From Eledone cirrhosa (lineage: Eukaryota): a DNA stretch of 64,000 nt. Positions 29,991 through 45,002 of the stretch are shown one piece after another. The notes beneath the pieces are model-generated. The model saw only the letters and a program-made list of their open reading frames with translations. It did no database searches and was not told where the DNA came from. The stretch's first letter is position 1, and every line of letters starts with the position of its first letter. A program made the position numbers and the translations under genes. The stretch is taken from assembly GCA_964016885.1 (NCBI GenBank), contig OZ024741.1, positions 301,568,001 through 301,632,000 of the forward strand, in the 5' to 3' direction.

Positions 29991-30265
29991 GGGGATTCCT
30001 TTCTTTGTTTCTGTGCCTTTCCTTTCTTCTGTCCTACGCCATTTTGTTTCTGTGTGTGTGTTGTGTGCTCAGTTTGCGCATGCGCCACATCCGGGTGTCT
30101 GTGTGTGTTTGTGTTCATTTATCTATTTGTTTATTTATTTATATGTTATTGGTTGGTTGTTTGTTCTATGTGTGTGTGTGTTTTCATTTTGTCCTTAATT
30201 GTAAGTTGTGATGTTGCTGTTCCACTCATATTTTCTATTTAATTTTGGTTGTAATTCTTTTATGT

Positions 30266-30610
30266 TTATTGCCTCTGTAATTTTCTAAACATTGCATCTT
30301 TTCTGTGTGTAGATTCTATTTTTATTTCTATGTTCTCTAATTTACCCTTGTGTTCTATCTTAGCATGTTGGTAGAGTACAGATGATTCTTTATTATCTTG
30401 AAGGTCTCGCCAGTGTTCATTTATCCGTTCCCCTATACTAGGAGCTGTCTCACCTATGTACACTATATTTTTGTTTCTACATTGTCCTTCAGTACATCTT
30501 ATGCTATACACTACATTTCTGGTTTTACAGTTAATATGGGGGCTTATTTTACAGGTTATACATTTCTTATCTATACATGAGGGTCTTTGGAACGGGTATG
30601 TCTTGCTAAT
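30266..30610 (-). pseudogene. PLE GIY-YIG endonuclease fragment
   Basis: CITC...CKTRNVVYSIRC...C...YIGETAPSIGERINEH...LYQH...H. Confidence 0.85.
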
Positions 30611-30757
30611 AAGTGTTTTTAGCAATAATAAGTGTTATTAGCAATAATAAGTGTTTTTAGCAATAATAAGTGTTATTAGCAAGACATACCCGTTCCAAAG
30701 ACCCTCATGCAACTGGTGCGTGTGTTTCTTATTGGCAACATGACCCTCCCAAAGTAT

Positions 30758-30784
<27 letters not shown>

Positions 30785-30789
<5 letters not shown>

Positions 30790-31422
30790 TGAGTTAAGAA
30801 CTCAGGGTAGTCTCTTACAATTAAATAGCTCTAAGAAAAAAGCTTTTCCGAGCCGTACAATATAATTGTATAAACAAGAGAGATGAACACTAATATAAAC
30901 ATACATGTGTTCGAATCGTAAGGACCAAATTTGCTAGGGTGAAAAAATACTAACTACAGCAATATAGCTTGTTATCCTTAACTTTAAATATTAAATTAAG
31001 AAAAATTAAGAAAAATAACATACCTATATTGGGCAAACATGCCTGGTAACAACTAGACGGTGTTGGAAACTGTTTCACAGCGACTTATAAAGTGAAGTTC
31101 TCACGTTTCTTTGCTCCTCAGTAGTTGTTGAGAAATTAGTGATCCTTTCACTTCTAAAAATATTAGAGAATGAATTGTGTACGATATGAATTATCGCACG
31201 TTTCATTCGTAAGCCAGCTTGTCTCGAAATTCCCTGCCGCTAAAAATAGCAGCCTGGCTGACAGGACAATAAAAATTAGCTCTACATGATGGAGCCGTCA
31301 AATATATATTGAGTTAAGAACTCAGGGTAGTCTTTTACAATTAAATAGCTCTAAGAAAAAAGCTTTTCCGAGCCGTATAATATAATTGAATAAACAAGAA
31401 AGATGAACACTAATATAAACAT
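30785..31422 (-). mobile_element. Non-coding pLTR-like module with ~115-bp terminal direct repeat and internal HHR
   Basis: 30789-30902 repeated at 31309-31422 (period 520); related to 48392-48660. Confidence 0.65.
31048..31129 (-). ncRNA. Hammerhead ribozyme candidate
   Basis: aacaacta CTGAGGA ... GAAAC ... GTC tagttgtt with a perfect 8-bp stem I; stem II register is ambiguous (two GAAAC boxes). Confidence 0.55.
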
Positions 31423-31711
31423 TTTACAGTATGCACTAAGCAGCTGAAGCGTATTATAAATTCATAAATACACAAACAATTCAGGTTTTTAACGGACGCT
31501 GGGAGAAATGTGTATGTAAATGTAAATTTTAAATTTATTTCACTATGTAAATATGTTGTGTCTATCTACCTCCCCATACGTTGAAAGATGAACAGCTGTA
31601 ATACTTGCGTTAGTAGTTAAATCAATTATATATTGTGCACTACTCAGAAGTATAATACGCACACACATACATACACACATACACACACATACACACAGGC
31701 ACGCACACATA

Positions 31712-31795
<84 letters not shown>

Positions 31796-31816
31796 CACAA
31801 ATATATATATATATAT

Positions 31817-32012
31817 AAACATATTTAATATAGAAATGGCTTCTACAGGACTAGAAGTGTTTCATTCGGGAGAAATCATCAGGATTCTGATTTCTCCCGA
31901 ATGAAACAGTTCTAGTCCTGGAGAAGCATTTTCTATATTAAATATTTATACTCTGCAATATATTGAGTACCTTACTTACTGTGGTTACCCCCGATTGAAC
32001 CCGGGATAAACT
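31817..32012. mobile_element. Family C pLTR with fold-back palindrome at the HHR core
   Basis: Arms 31821-31878 and 31888-31945; minus strand reads CTGATGA t-ttc-tccc-gaa-t GAAAC (31882-31859), so the core overlaps the apex. Confidence 0.7.
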
Positions 32013-32210
32013 TATCTTATATATATATATATAATTATCTATATCTTAGGCCCCCTTCGGTATCCAATGACCATGGTTTTGCTCCCAGAAACTTCCCCGC
32101 CCAGGCACAAGCCTAGACAAGGTGTGTTTGTAGAAAACCAGCAGTCCATATATATACTATATATTTTGTTGAATCGCCAGTCTGAAGAGCAGATCAATAA
32201 TGCGGTCAGG

Positions 32211-32270
32211 CCCATAGCATCTATGATGACCCTGAGTCAATCCTCAGCGAAACGCGCGTAAGAGGTTGGT
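32211..32270 (+). ncRNA. Hammerhead ribozyme (C3>A)
   Basis: tct ATGATGA cc-ctgag-tcaatc-ctcag-c GAAAC gcgc GTA aga; palindromic stem III typical of PLE HHRs. Confidence 0.65.
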
Positions 32271-32382
32271 ACACAATAAAAATCTAACTACACGTAAACC
32301 AAATTTCGTTACTTTTCTTAATATACACACTCTGCCTGTGCATCAAGTGTTCATATTAGTACTACGACCAGTAATTCACTGA

Positions 32383-35040
<2,658 letters not shown>

Positions 35041-35132
35041 TTTCTGTAATATATACATATATATATGTATATATATATATACATATATATCTGTAATATA
35101 TACATATATATACGTATATATATGTATATATG

Positions 35133-35163
<31 letters not shown>

Positions 35164-35248
35164 ATGTTATATATATATATATATATAATATATATATATT
35201 ATTCAAAGTATTGACTACCAATACTAGAATTGAACCATCAAGACATCA

Positions 35249-35320
35249 TATATTTTATCTGATGAGGGCGTACTGAAAAAACAGCACAGTACCTCCGAAA
35301 TATATATAATTAAAACATAT
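35249..35320 (+). ncRNA. Type I hammerhead ribozyme (family A-related pLTR)
   Basis: tattttat CTGATGA gggcgtactg-loop-cagtacctcc GAAA tatata TA attaaaacata. Confidence 0.75.
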
Positions 35321-35456
35321 TTTGATTATGTGAACGTATTCATTTATTAATATTTTGAATAATATTACTAACTCCAGAAACCTTAACTGTTGAGTGCTTT
35401 TATTCTATTGTAAAAGTATATTCATTGAGTAATAAATGAATCATATTAATCTTTGG

Positions 35457-35494
<38 letters not shown>

Positions 35495-35498
<4 letters not shown>

Positions 35499-35687
35499 CG
35501 AAGGAAATGTGGTAAGGAACCAGGTGGACCATAACGCACCGAAGTACTCAATACTTGAGGTAGTAGAGTGGGTAATAGGAACCAGTAAGACCCCGACAGC
35601 TGAGCTCAAGCCGTTTCGACGGCTAATTCTGGACCCAGAATTAGCCGTCGAAACGGCTTGAGCTCAGCTGTCGGGGTCTTACTGGTT

Positions 35688-35692
<5 letters not shown>
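35495..35692. mobile_element. Family B pLTR with perfect fold-back (58-bp arms, 2-nt loop)
   Basis: Arms 35575-35632 and 35635-35692; set in (TA)n. Confidence 0.8.
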
Positions 35693-35743
<51 letters not shown>

Positions 35744-36079
35744 AAAGTTCTATTTAAAATTGTTGGGATACAACAAGTAAATATTGATATCTCTCTGTTG
35801 CTTTCCTCTGTTTTTCTTATTTCTTCCTTTCCTCCTGTCTTTATTTATCTCTCTCTTTTTTCTCCATGCATTTTCTCTCTCTCCGATATTTCTCCACGTT
35901 TTTTTCTTTTTCTTTTTTTCTCTCTCTCCGTCTTTTTTCTTTCTCTCCGTCTTTTTCTAATTGTCCTTGACACTAAGACTTATTAAAATAATATAAACAA
36001 TTCACTATCCAGATGGCTTCCAAAAAGAATGGTTGCATTTTAAAAGGGTACGTCAAAGCTTATTTGTAAAACTGTTATA

Positions 36080-36154
36080 TATTGTATTTTGTCTGATGAA
36101 GGCATACCATAATTTAATTTGGTATCCCTGAAATATGTATAATGAAATAAATAT
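36080..36154 (+). ncRNA. Type I hammerhead ribozyme (family A)
   Basis: tattttgt CTGATGA aggcatacca-loop-tggtatccct GAAA tatgta TA atgaaata; 8-bp stem I. Confidence 0.8.
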
Positions 36155-36188
36155 GGTTTTATAAATATAGTTTCCATTTATTAATATC

Positions 36189-36261
<73 letters not shown>

Positions 36262-37009
36262 TTCATGGTAAAATGAGACACTCGACGCTAGAACAGCTGT
36301 TAATACAGCTAAATAGCAATGACCAAGAATGCCTCGGGACAAAGACCAGCAGCCAGCGGTCGCCTCATAGTCAATCCATGAGGTAGATGACAGGCAGCTG
36401 GAACAGAAAAGATTGAGAGAGGAGCAGAACCTGGAAAGTCGTATAGATGCATAGATGTGACTGGAAGGAGAAAATAAAGAAAAGTGATGCACAAGAGAAG
36501 TTCACACATACACATCTTCACCCAGTTTTGCACGATTCAACTGGGAATACCATTTTAAAAAGATAGATCGTGCAACAGAAAAAATAAATCTTTCTGCTGG
36601 TATGATGTGTGAGAAAACAAACACAACAGATATATATGCAAATAGAAAATATAGCGAAGAAAAAAACTGACAACACAGAAGCGCAATGCTCCAGTAATCC
36701 TGAAATACCTTTAATTGTAGCTGTAGCTAATATGGCGCCGAAGGAACTTTATTCGCAAAAACAAGACTATGGTTCATTCCATCCCACTCAATATATATAT
36801 ATATAATATAAATAAATGCCTCGGAGCCATGTTAGCTATCAGTAATACTATTTCATTAATTACTTGGGTATTGAACCTGTATGTTGACTTGGGGTTTTTA
36901 CTTTATTTTTGAGAAAATCTTTGTTCCTAATGTATTTTTGTAAATACTGCATATATAATACATATAAATATATATATGATATTATATATATATATATATA
37001 TATATATAA

Positions 37010-37327
37010 GCAAAGAGATGTTTAATTTGTTGGTTATTCAACAAATTTATTTATAACAGATTGGAAGCACTCTACAGATTTTCTGGAGTATAATATCAAT
37101 GATATTAATAAATGGAAACTATATTTATAAAACCATATTTATTTTATTATATATATTTCAAGGATAGCAAAATGTTGGTACCCTTGAAATATATATAATA
37201 AAATAAATATGGTTTTCGAAACGGCTTGAGCTCTGACGTCGGGGTCAAACATTTTCCTTATACCCTAAGTATTGAGTACTCTGGTGTGTTATGGTCCATC
37301 TGGTTCCTTACCACACCTCCTTCGTTA
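37010..37327. mobile_element. Chimera: family A fold-back fused to family B pLTR
   Basis: Arms 37129-37170 and 37175-37216 centred on HHR stem II, then tcGAAACggcttgagc of family B. Confidence 0.75.
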
Positions 37328-37595
37328 TATATATATATAATTTTCAACTGACAGTTGAAAATTACAAACTTGACTGTCACCACACATTATGAACCAGAAG
37401 ATTGCGAAAGCATGAAAGTACTTGTTCAATTAACACTTAACATTTAATATTCTACCATACTATTTCATTCTAATACCATTATAAATTTTAAAGGGTTGTA
37501 AATAAAACGAGTAAATCAGACAAAGTTGGAATTCCTTTTATTAATATAATCTTCTATACACAATCATACACACCCGTGTATATTTATCTATTTAT

Positions 37596-37679
<84 letters not shown>

Positions 37680-38989
37680 TTATATATAGATGTGTGTGCG
37701 TGTGTGTGTGTATATATATATATACACTTACGGTAAACATGTTTACTCGGATTTACGTATGCAGCAACCAATTAATGAATAATAATCCAATTTGAATTAA
37801 GCACTCAACGTATTTTCTCCCAAATATGATTTGCAAATTAGTAGCGGAGTATATGCAGAATAAGGTAAATAGGAAGTTCTGTGTAGATGTTTAAAAATCC
37901 TTTATTAACCAAACTGTGATACTTATTTCAATGGTGATCGTGGTTAGGTGATGATTCAATCGCGCAACCAGTCACGCAATATCATCAAACAGTTTCTTAT
38001 GTAGGGATATTATGTTTCCAGGGCATTCCAATCTAAAAACAAGGGAGTGAACAGAAATTATGTTTTCATAGTCAGAGCTCATTCCCTTGGCAAGGGAATG
38101 GACTCCATCATTTCCGTTGCCATTCTGAGATTTTCTGCAGTTTGGGGTTGTTAATTTATTGATTGGCAATTGATTTTTACAGCCATATAAGCTTTTGTTG
38201 AAGGGATTTTTTTCAGATTTTTTATTAGATTTTGTGATATTGTTGCAGTTATAGTTTTAAATGTTTGTATATAATTGTAAGGCATGTTATGGGCCTGTAG
38301 TTTTGACGTTTTGCTGTGGCATTATTCTTGGGGATCAGTGTAGTTTCCCCTAGTGCGTCAGTTATATTTTTTTCTGCTCTGTCTGCATCATATTAAACTT
38401 GTGTCTACCTGTTAAATATTTCAACCGAAAGTTTTAGATCTTCTCATGTCCCGGTTGCTTGCATTTTTCAGTGTTTTAGGCACGTCATCTTCCTACGGAT
38501 GTTTAGGTGCTGTGTCGCTTGTTCTTGAAAGTTCTGTGCATGACAATTCCCTTCTCTTTCTGTCCATAATCTTTTCCTGTATACTTCCACTCCTTTTACT
38601 TTCAGTTACCTCAATTTTGCTCCGTGTAGAGTCATTTGGGGTTGGAATGAAATAGCTTGTTCTGTTCAGAAAATGCTTGGCACTTTTCATATCTCCGGAT
38701 TCTTTGAACTTTTGCAAGTATTTATTGTTTTAGGTATTCCTTAGTCACGCGAATTTCTTTTTCTGTTACATTATATTGCTTTATTATTTTTGTTTTCTTT
38801 CTTACTCCTAGTTTTGTTGCTTTCTGTCCTATTTCATTGAAACTTGAGAAATCTTTTCTTTTATTTTCTATCTTTTCTGTATCTTTGATTTCCATGATTG
38901 AGTGGGTTTTGTTATTCTTGTTTGTGTAACACCCCTTCTGGTCTCTACTCATACAATTTAGTTGCTCTGATGAATCCACACTTCTCAGA

Positions 38990-39735
38990 TATCACCCAAT
39001 TGATTTATGTATGTTGTACTCTCGCTATGCCAACTTAACACATTCGCTTACAATATGCCTGACCGTTTCTCTTTTTATCATTTTGCCAGCATCATTTTTA
39101 ATGAGAGCCTACTTCTGGGTGCTGTATACCACAGATTCAGTAGACACTTTCAGATCGCCATTTTTAAGCTCTGACCAGATCTTTTCCAAATCAATGCCTA
39201 CTTTATCTCTAATATACTGTCCATGCATAAAATTTATGCTTCCATTCCTTTTCAAGTTCTTTTTTCACCCATCAGGTCCAAAAGTTTTCCAATTGGGAAT
39301 ATTTTTTTGCTTGCATGTATACCATTCCTGTTGTTATTTCAATATCACTTTTCTTCACATTTGTTTTATCCTCCTTCAATTCTTTCAGCCATTCACCTTT
39401 CATATTATGCTATACCTCATTCCCATATGTTTAACCAAAAACCTTTTGTTTTCGTCTGCCTCTGGTGTCACTCTTTCTTTCTTTTTTCTTACGTTTATTC
39501 TCGAGGTCTCGGTACACTGTTTTCTGATCATGCTGGAACATTCTATTGATTTTATGTTATGTTCTTTGTTCAAATCTTCTCAGCTTGGACGCATTGGCCT
39601 TCATCCTTTGTTTCAATTCCTCAATAGCGACGTTTATCTCTTTTTTGTATATTATACTTCTTTGTTGTTTCAAAATATTTCTTCTTCTTTATTTCTAGAA
39701 GTAACCATCGTTTACAGATTTATTCATGGCCTATG
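38990..39735 (-). mobile_element. R4/Dong-like LINE remnant with internal deletion
   Basis: IEELKQRMKANASKLRRFEQR..INRMFQHDQK, IPNWKTFGPDG, MHGQYIR..W..LKNGDLK, ETVRHIVSEC; the plus-strand 241-aa ORF is its antisense shadow. Confidence 0.8.
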
Positions 39736-39910
39736 ATTAATGTTTTCATCCATCTATTTTATGAGAGAATAGGTTTTTCTGTCAACAAAGACTACGAAAT
39801 GAATAGGTAATAGAAAAACCAAGTAATACTACGCATTAAAAATGTTTCCTCTAAGTTTATATGAAGGACTCATTCTTTCGTAATACAAAATCACAAAATC
39901 ACATATATGT

Positions 39911-40116
<206 letters not shown>

Positions 40117-40179
40117 CGAACTGAAGATGGCGAGTTTCGTTTTTACACCAGCCTCCCTTCTTCTGATTACTGAATGCTG

Positions 40180-40560
40180 GCATTCGCTATCTTCAATTTA
40201 CTATTCGCGCCAACCCTTACCTATGGTTATGAATCTTGGTGTATGAATACAATCGCAATGGGGTTCCTCCGAAGGGTCTTTGGAGTAACGTTACTGGATA
40301 AGTGCGTTGCTCAGAGATCAATGAGTCACTCCAGGTAGATCCGCTACTTCTCGGAATTGAGAGATCACAGCTCCGATACTATGGGCACGTGGTTAGAATG
40401 CCTCGGGAAAGAAGAAGAAGAAGAAGAAGAAGAAGAAGAAGAAGAAGAAGAAGAAGAAGAAGAAGAAGAAGAAGAAGAAGACGACGACGACGACGAAGAA
40501 GAAGAAGAAGAAGAAGAAGAAGAAGAAGAAGAAGAAGAAGAAGAAGAAGAAGAAGAAGAA

Positions 40561-40601
<41 letters not shown>

Positions 40602-40667
40602 AGAAGAAGAAGAAGAAGAAGAAGAAGAAGAAGAAGAAGAAGAAGAAGAAGAAGAAGAAGAAGAAGA
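40180..40667 (+). mobile_element. RTE-clade LINE 3' fragment with expanded (GAA)n/(GAC)n tract
   Basis: PTLTYGYESW..MGFLRRVFGVTLLDKVR..IERSQLRYYGHVVRMPRER. Confidence 0.85.
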
Positions 40668-41272
40668 GTACACATACATGTCCGAGACTAAATAATTTGT
40701 TTGTGTTTTTTTTTATCGTTGGAAAGCAACTCGTATTGAAACTTCTATGTGTGCCGAATTGTGTTTATCTAATATATCACTACTTGCAGCACAGCATGTC
40801 TGTTTAGTTTGAGATAACATCTGTAACTTCCTATTTTTCTCGTATTCAATGATCATGGGTTGTTGTAGAAAAATAGAATAGACAGCTATATCTATTGAGT
40901 GATATATTATTGAAAAGTGTTGAAAAGGCAGTGGAATTTCATTTTAGCTCTGTGTCGTATCTGCTCGACTGTCTGCTGTTTCTATGCTTTCTACATTTAG
41001 TTGCGACAAAACAATATACGATTTATAGCCACATTTGTATATGAATTATATTATATGACATAACTTTAATTTATGAATACAGATATGGCTTCTATTCTTT
41101 ATGAATGTTATGTAGAACATGTGTTTATGCTTTAAAATTTCTTAGTAATGTTACTACGACTGATACAACAACAACTACTACTACGACGGCGACGGCGACG
41201 GCGACTATTACTACTACTACTACATCTGCTGCAGCTGCTACTACTATTACTTTTATCTATTATTATTACAAT

Positions 41273-41330
<58 letters not shown>

Positions 41331-41446
41331 GTTCCTGCTACTTCCACAGTGTGTCTGTCTATTTATCTACTTATCTATTTTCCTGTAAACCTATCTATCT
41401 ATCTATCAACTTATCTATTTGCCTATCAACCTATCTATCGATCTAT

Positions 41447-42286
41447 CTGGGCATCGAAGAGGACGAACTGGCCAGTCTGCTCGGGAGGACTTTCCGTCCA
41501 GGGCCTATGGATAACTTCCACAGGTCTCTGGCCTGGTAGTGTTGCCGAGGAGCTCTTCAAGACAAAATCTATAGGCACGGACGCTCTGGCAGGAATCCTG
41601 CCAAAAGAACCTATCCAAGATGTGAGCAGGACATTGAAACTGTTCTGCACGCAATTGTTCAGTGCTCAGGGGTGACCGACTTGTGGAATTATGTCGAACA
41701 GCTACTGTCACGTGTGTGACACATCCAGTTGTCAGCCGAGTCCATCGTGAGGATCACCCCGCCGCCTTCATTTAAGAATGAAGGCGAGGTGGTTTTCCTC
41801 TGTCTGGTGGCTATGGCGAAAGAGGTAATATGGTGGACGAGATTGAAAAGACTGAGGGCAAACACCTTCCTCTCCGGACAACAACTCATCCCCTTCTTTA
41901 AATACCACTTCAGAAGGAAGGTGAGAGTGGAGAGAGGGGTGCAGGACACCAGTAAATTCGTTGAAAGGTGGGTGAATGTGGAGAAAATGGCCCGAGTGAA
42001 TGGGCTTTCTCTGTATATAAACATGTAGGTTGAGGAAGAGAAAAGTGGGAAGACAGGAACACCTATTAAACGTGCTCCTGGTGTTGAGGCCTGTTCTATC
42101 TACGGGGTGTAAAACAACTCTGCAGTAACGTTCCCTCCTATTGGGGATTTCGATTGTTATTTTATTTTATATATAATTTATTGTAATTTATTAAAGTTAA
42201 AGTTTATACGATTTTTATGTAAAACCACTGCCGTCACGTCTTGTAATGTCCCATTTTGTGTACGCCCTTGTGGCAACTAAAGAAAG
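41447..42286 (+). mobile_element. Tx1/L1-like LINE 3' fragment 1
   Basis: GPMDNFHRSLAW, LWNYVEQLL, LVAMAKEVIWWTR, FVERWVNV; 3' UTR ends cccttgtggcaactaaagaaa into (TATC)n. Confidence 0.75.
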
Positions 42287-42304
42287 ATATCTATCTATCA
42301 ATCT

Positions 42305-43160
42305 AGTCCGCAGCAAGTGCGACGACGCGCTCGGAGAAACTCTAGGCGTAGAGGTGGACGAACTGTCCAATCTGTTCAGTAGGACCTTCCGCCCGGGACC
42401 GATGGATAACTTCTAAAAGTCCCTGGCCTGGCAGTGCTACCGAGGAGCTCTACAAGTTCGAGACAAGCTCTACAGACACGGGCGCCACGCAGGGACCCTT
42501 CGAAAGAGATCTGTCCGAGATGCGTGCGCGACGAGGAAACCGTCGCGCACGCATTTGTACACTGCCTGGGCGTTACCGACTTGTGGGGCTATGTAGAACG
42601 ACTATTGTCGGGGGTGGGACCAATCCAGTTGACCACCGAGTCCATTGTCATGATTAAACCGCCCCCCTCGTTCAAAAACGAAGGAGGGGCTGTTTTCCTA
42701 TGTGTTATGGCTATGGTGAAAGTGGTTATATGGTGGACGAGGTTAAATGGGCTGAGTTCAGACACCTTTCTCTCCGGCGAACATCTGATTCGTTTTTTTC
42801 AAATATCATTTTGGAATAAGAATCAGGATGGAGAGAGAGGAGCTGTACCCCAGCAAATTTTATGAAAGGTGGGTGAATGTGGCAAAGATGGCCCGAGCGG
42901 CTGGGCCTTCTCTCTATATAAGCCTGTAGGTTGAGGAAAAAGAGGAAGTGAGGAAGGCAGTACTCACTCTTGGTGCTCCTGGAGATGAGGGTTGTACATT
43001 TTTTCGGGGTGTGTACAACCCCTGTATAACGCCTCCCCCTATTGGGGATTTCAATTGTTATTTGTTGTTTTATTAATAGTTTTATTTTCATATACCTGTA
43101 TGTAAACTCCCCATTTGCATTTGTCCCCTTCTTTTGTGCCCTTGTGGCTAATAAAGAAAT
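42305..43160 (+). mobile_element. Tx1/L1-like LINE 3' fragment 2
   Basis: CPRCVRDEETVAHAFVHC zinc knuckle; diverged paralogue of fragment 1. Confidence 0.8.
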
Positions 43161-44039
43161 TTAACTATCTCTAAACTTATCTATTTGCCTATCAATCTAT
43201 CTTTCTATCAACTTATCTATTTGCCTATCAACCTATCTGATATCAACTTATCTATTTGCCTATCAATCTATCTATCTATTTTACAAATTTTATACGGATG
43301 AATCGACCAATAAAAGTTCAATATAAATAATAATCATTTTTTTTCCAAAATCAATAATAGAATAGTTAATTTCTTTAATTTCCTTACTACCACACGAGTT
43401 GCATAATTATGGTCACTCTTTATACTCCAGTTCATATTAATTCCTAGGATGGTATGAATGAATATTCAAATATTGAAATTAAAATATTTATTGCCTTTGA
43501 CTGGTTAATAAGTTTATCGATTTTTATTTGATTAATTACCTTCTCCCTGGCCAAGCTTCGTGTCCTTTATGTTAGATGTTTAACTACCTCCGCTCAAACT
43601 TTACGAATAGTAATAAACATTCTATATAATATATGCATGGTTGGGGCCATCATTAGCTTTTTAACTTCAAGTTTCTATGGATATTTGAATAGAACGTTTC
43701 AAATGCAAATTCTGAATTTAAATACTCACACATATCCAGTTTACCCAAGAAAAAAATGTATTTATGCCTATATCATTTGTATATTGAGACTAGTTCTATT
43801 GCTGCCGAGAAGCGTAGATTCACTGTGCTGTTTTTATGCGTTTACTTTAACTCAAACCAGCAAATTGGCAGAGTCTTTAGAACGTTGGATAGAATGATTT
43901 GCGGTACTCGTTCTGTCTCTCTGCGCTCTGTGTTCAACTTTATCTTTCGTCCTTTCCACTTCGATAGAACAGTACCAGTCAAGTATTGGGTAAATTCTTC
44001 CTCTATATCTCTTTCTTACCTCATCTCGTTAAGGACACA

Positions 44040-44965
44040 TCATGTGTAGCTTTTGCTTGACGATGGACAGGTGTGGTCGCCATTTGATAGACGCGCTTTT
44101 CTCCAGCTTTTCTCCTTGACATTGATCCAGTCCTGAAACGACCGAGAGAGAGAACTCTTCGAAATTAAAATGCCTTCAAGTGCGTACAGACCCCTACTTG
44201 TCGAGCAGTACGATCAGAGGAAACTCCTCTTTGGCGTTCTATAGAGGATTTGTGGTTGATAAAAGCGATGCGGTTCTGGGGAAGAATCTAGGCGTCGAAG
44301 AAAATAGCCATTCTTTCCTTGGGCACTTTCGCTTAAAGTCCAATGGATAACTTTCAGAAATCCTTGGCCTGGCAGAAATGCTTGACTTGGCTACCGAGAA
44401 TCATTTCCAGTTTGAGATAAAATCTACTGTCAGGCCTTTCCGCACACGTCGAGTGCTCTGGTATGGCTAACTTGTATGTTTATGAAGAACATCTGCTGAT
44501 ACATGTAAGCGGATCAGCTGAGTCCATCGAGGAGATCCTTCCACCACCTTTCTCTAGCCAGGACGTGCAGGCATTTTATCTACCTAGTTACAGTGGTGTC
44601 AGAGATCGTGTTGTGGACGTACTTCAAAGGTTCAACGACAAGTCCTGATTAACTTTTTCGGAAAAATATCATGGTGGAGAGGGATGTGCTGCCTTTCAAC
44701 CAGTTTGTTGAAAGATCAATGAGAGTGGTGAGCCTGGTGGGCCGAATAAACAGGTCTACTCTAATATGCGCCTGTAGGCTGGAGGAGGACAAGTAAAAGA
44801 AAACAATTGCCCTAGCGGTCAGGATGATCTTGGTGTTTTTGGACTTTCTCCATGAGTTACCTTATTTCGTTATTCTTTTTTTTTTACACGCAAAACTTCA
44901 TACTGTATCGCCCTGTGCCGTCATTAGTGTTTTCTTTATATGAGCTCTATGTACTAATAAAGAAA
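44040..44965 (+). mobile_element. Tx1/L1-like LINE 3' fragment 3 (more decayed)
   Basis: ctaggcgtcgaag...atggataactttcagaaatccttggcctggcag is homologous to fragments 1 and 2. Confidence 0.7.
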
Positions 44966-45002
44966 CCTTTATTATTATTATTATCATCATTATTACCAAG
45001 AC

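Larger units (their letters stand above)
29725..30765 (-). mobile_element. 5'-truncated PLE (GIY-YIG, 3' UTR, HHR) with fold-back apex and 57-bp inverted flanks
   Basis: GIY-YIG ORF, HHR at 29946-29990, palindrome 30576-30709, inverted repeat 29780-29836 / 30709-30765. Confidence 0.8.

Noticed and set aside
30607-30682. Short palindromic tandem repeats as a CRISPR array
   Set aside because: No spacers, no cas genes, eukaryotic context.
32177-32205. CTGAAGA-gca..tgc-G upstream of the 32211 HHR
   Set aside because: Lacks the GAAA box and stem III; at best a truncated half motif.
39011-39736. 241-aa hydrophobic plus-strand ORF resembling a membrane protein
   Set aside because: Antisense shadow of the R4/Dong-like LINE on the minus strand.
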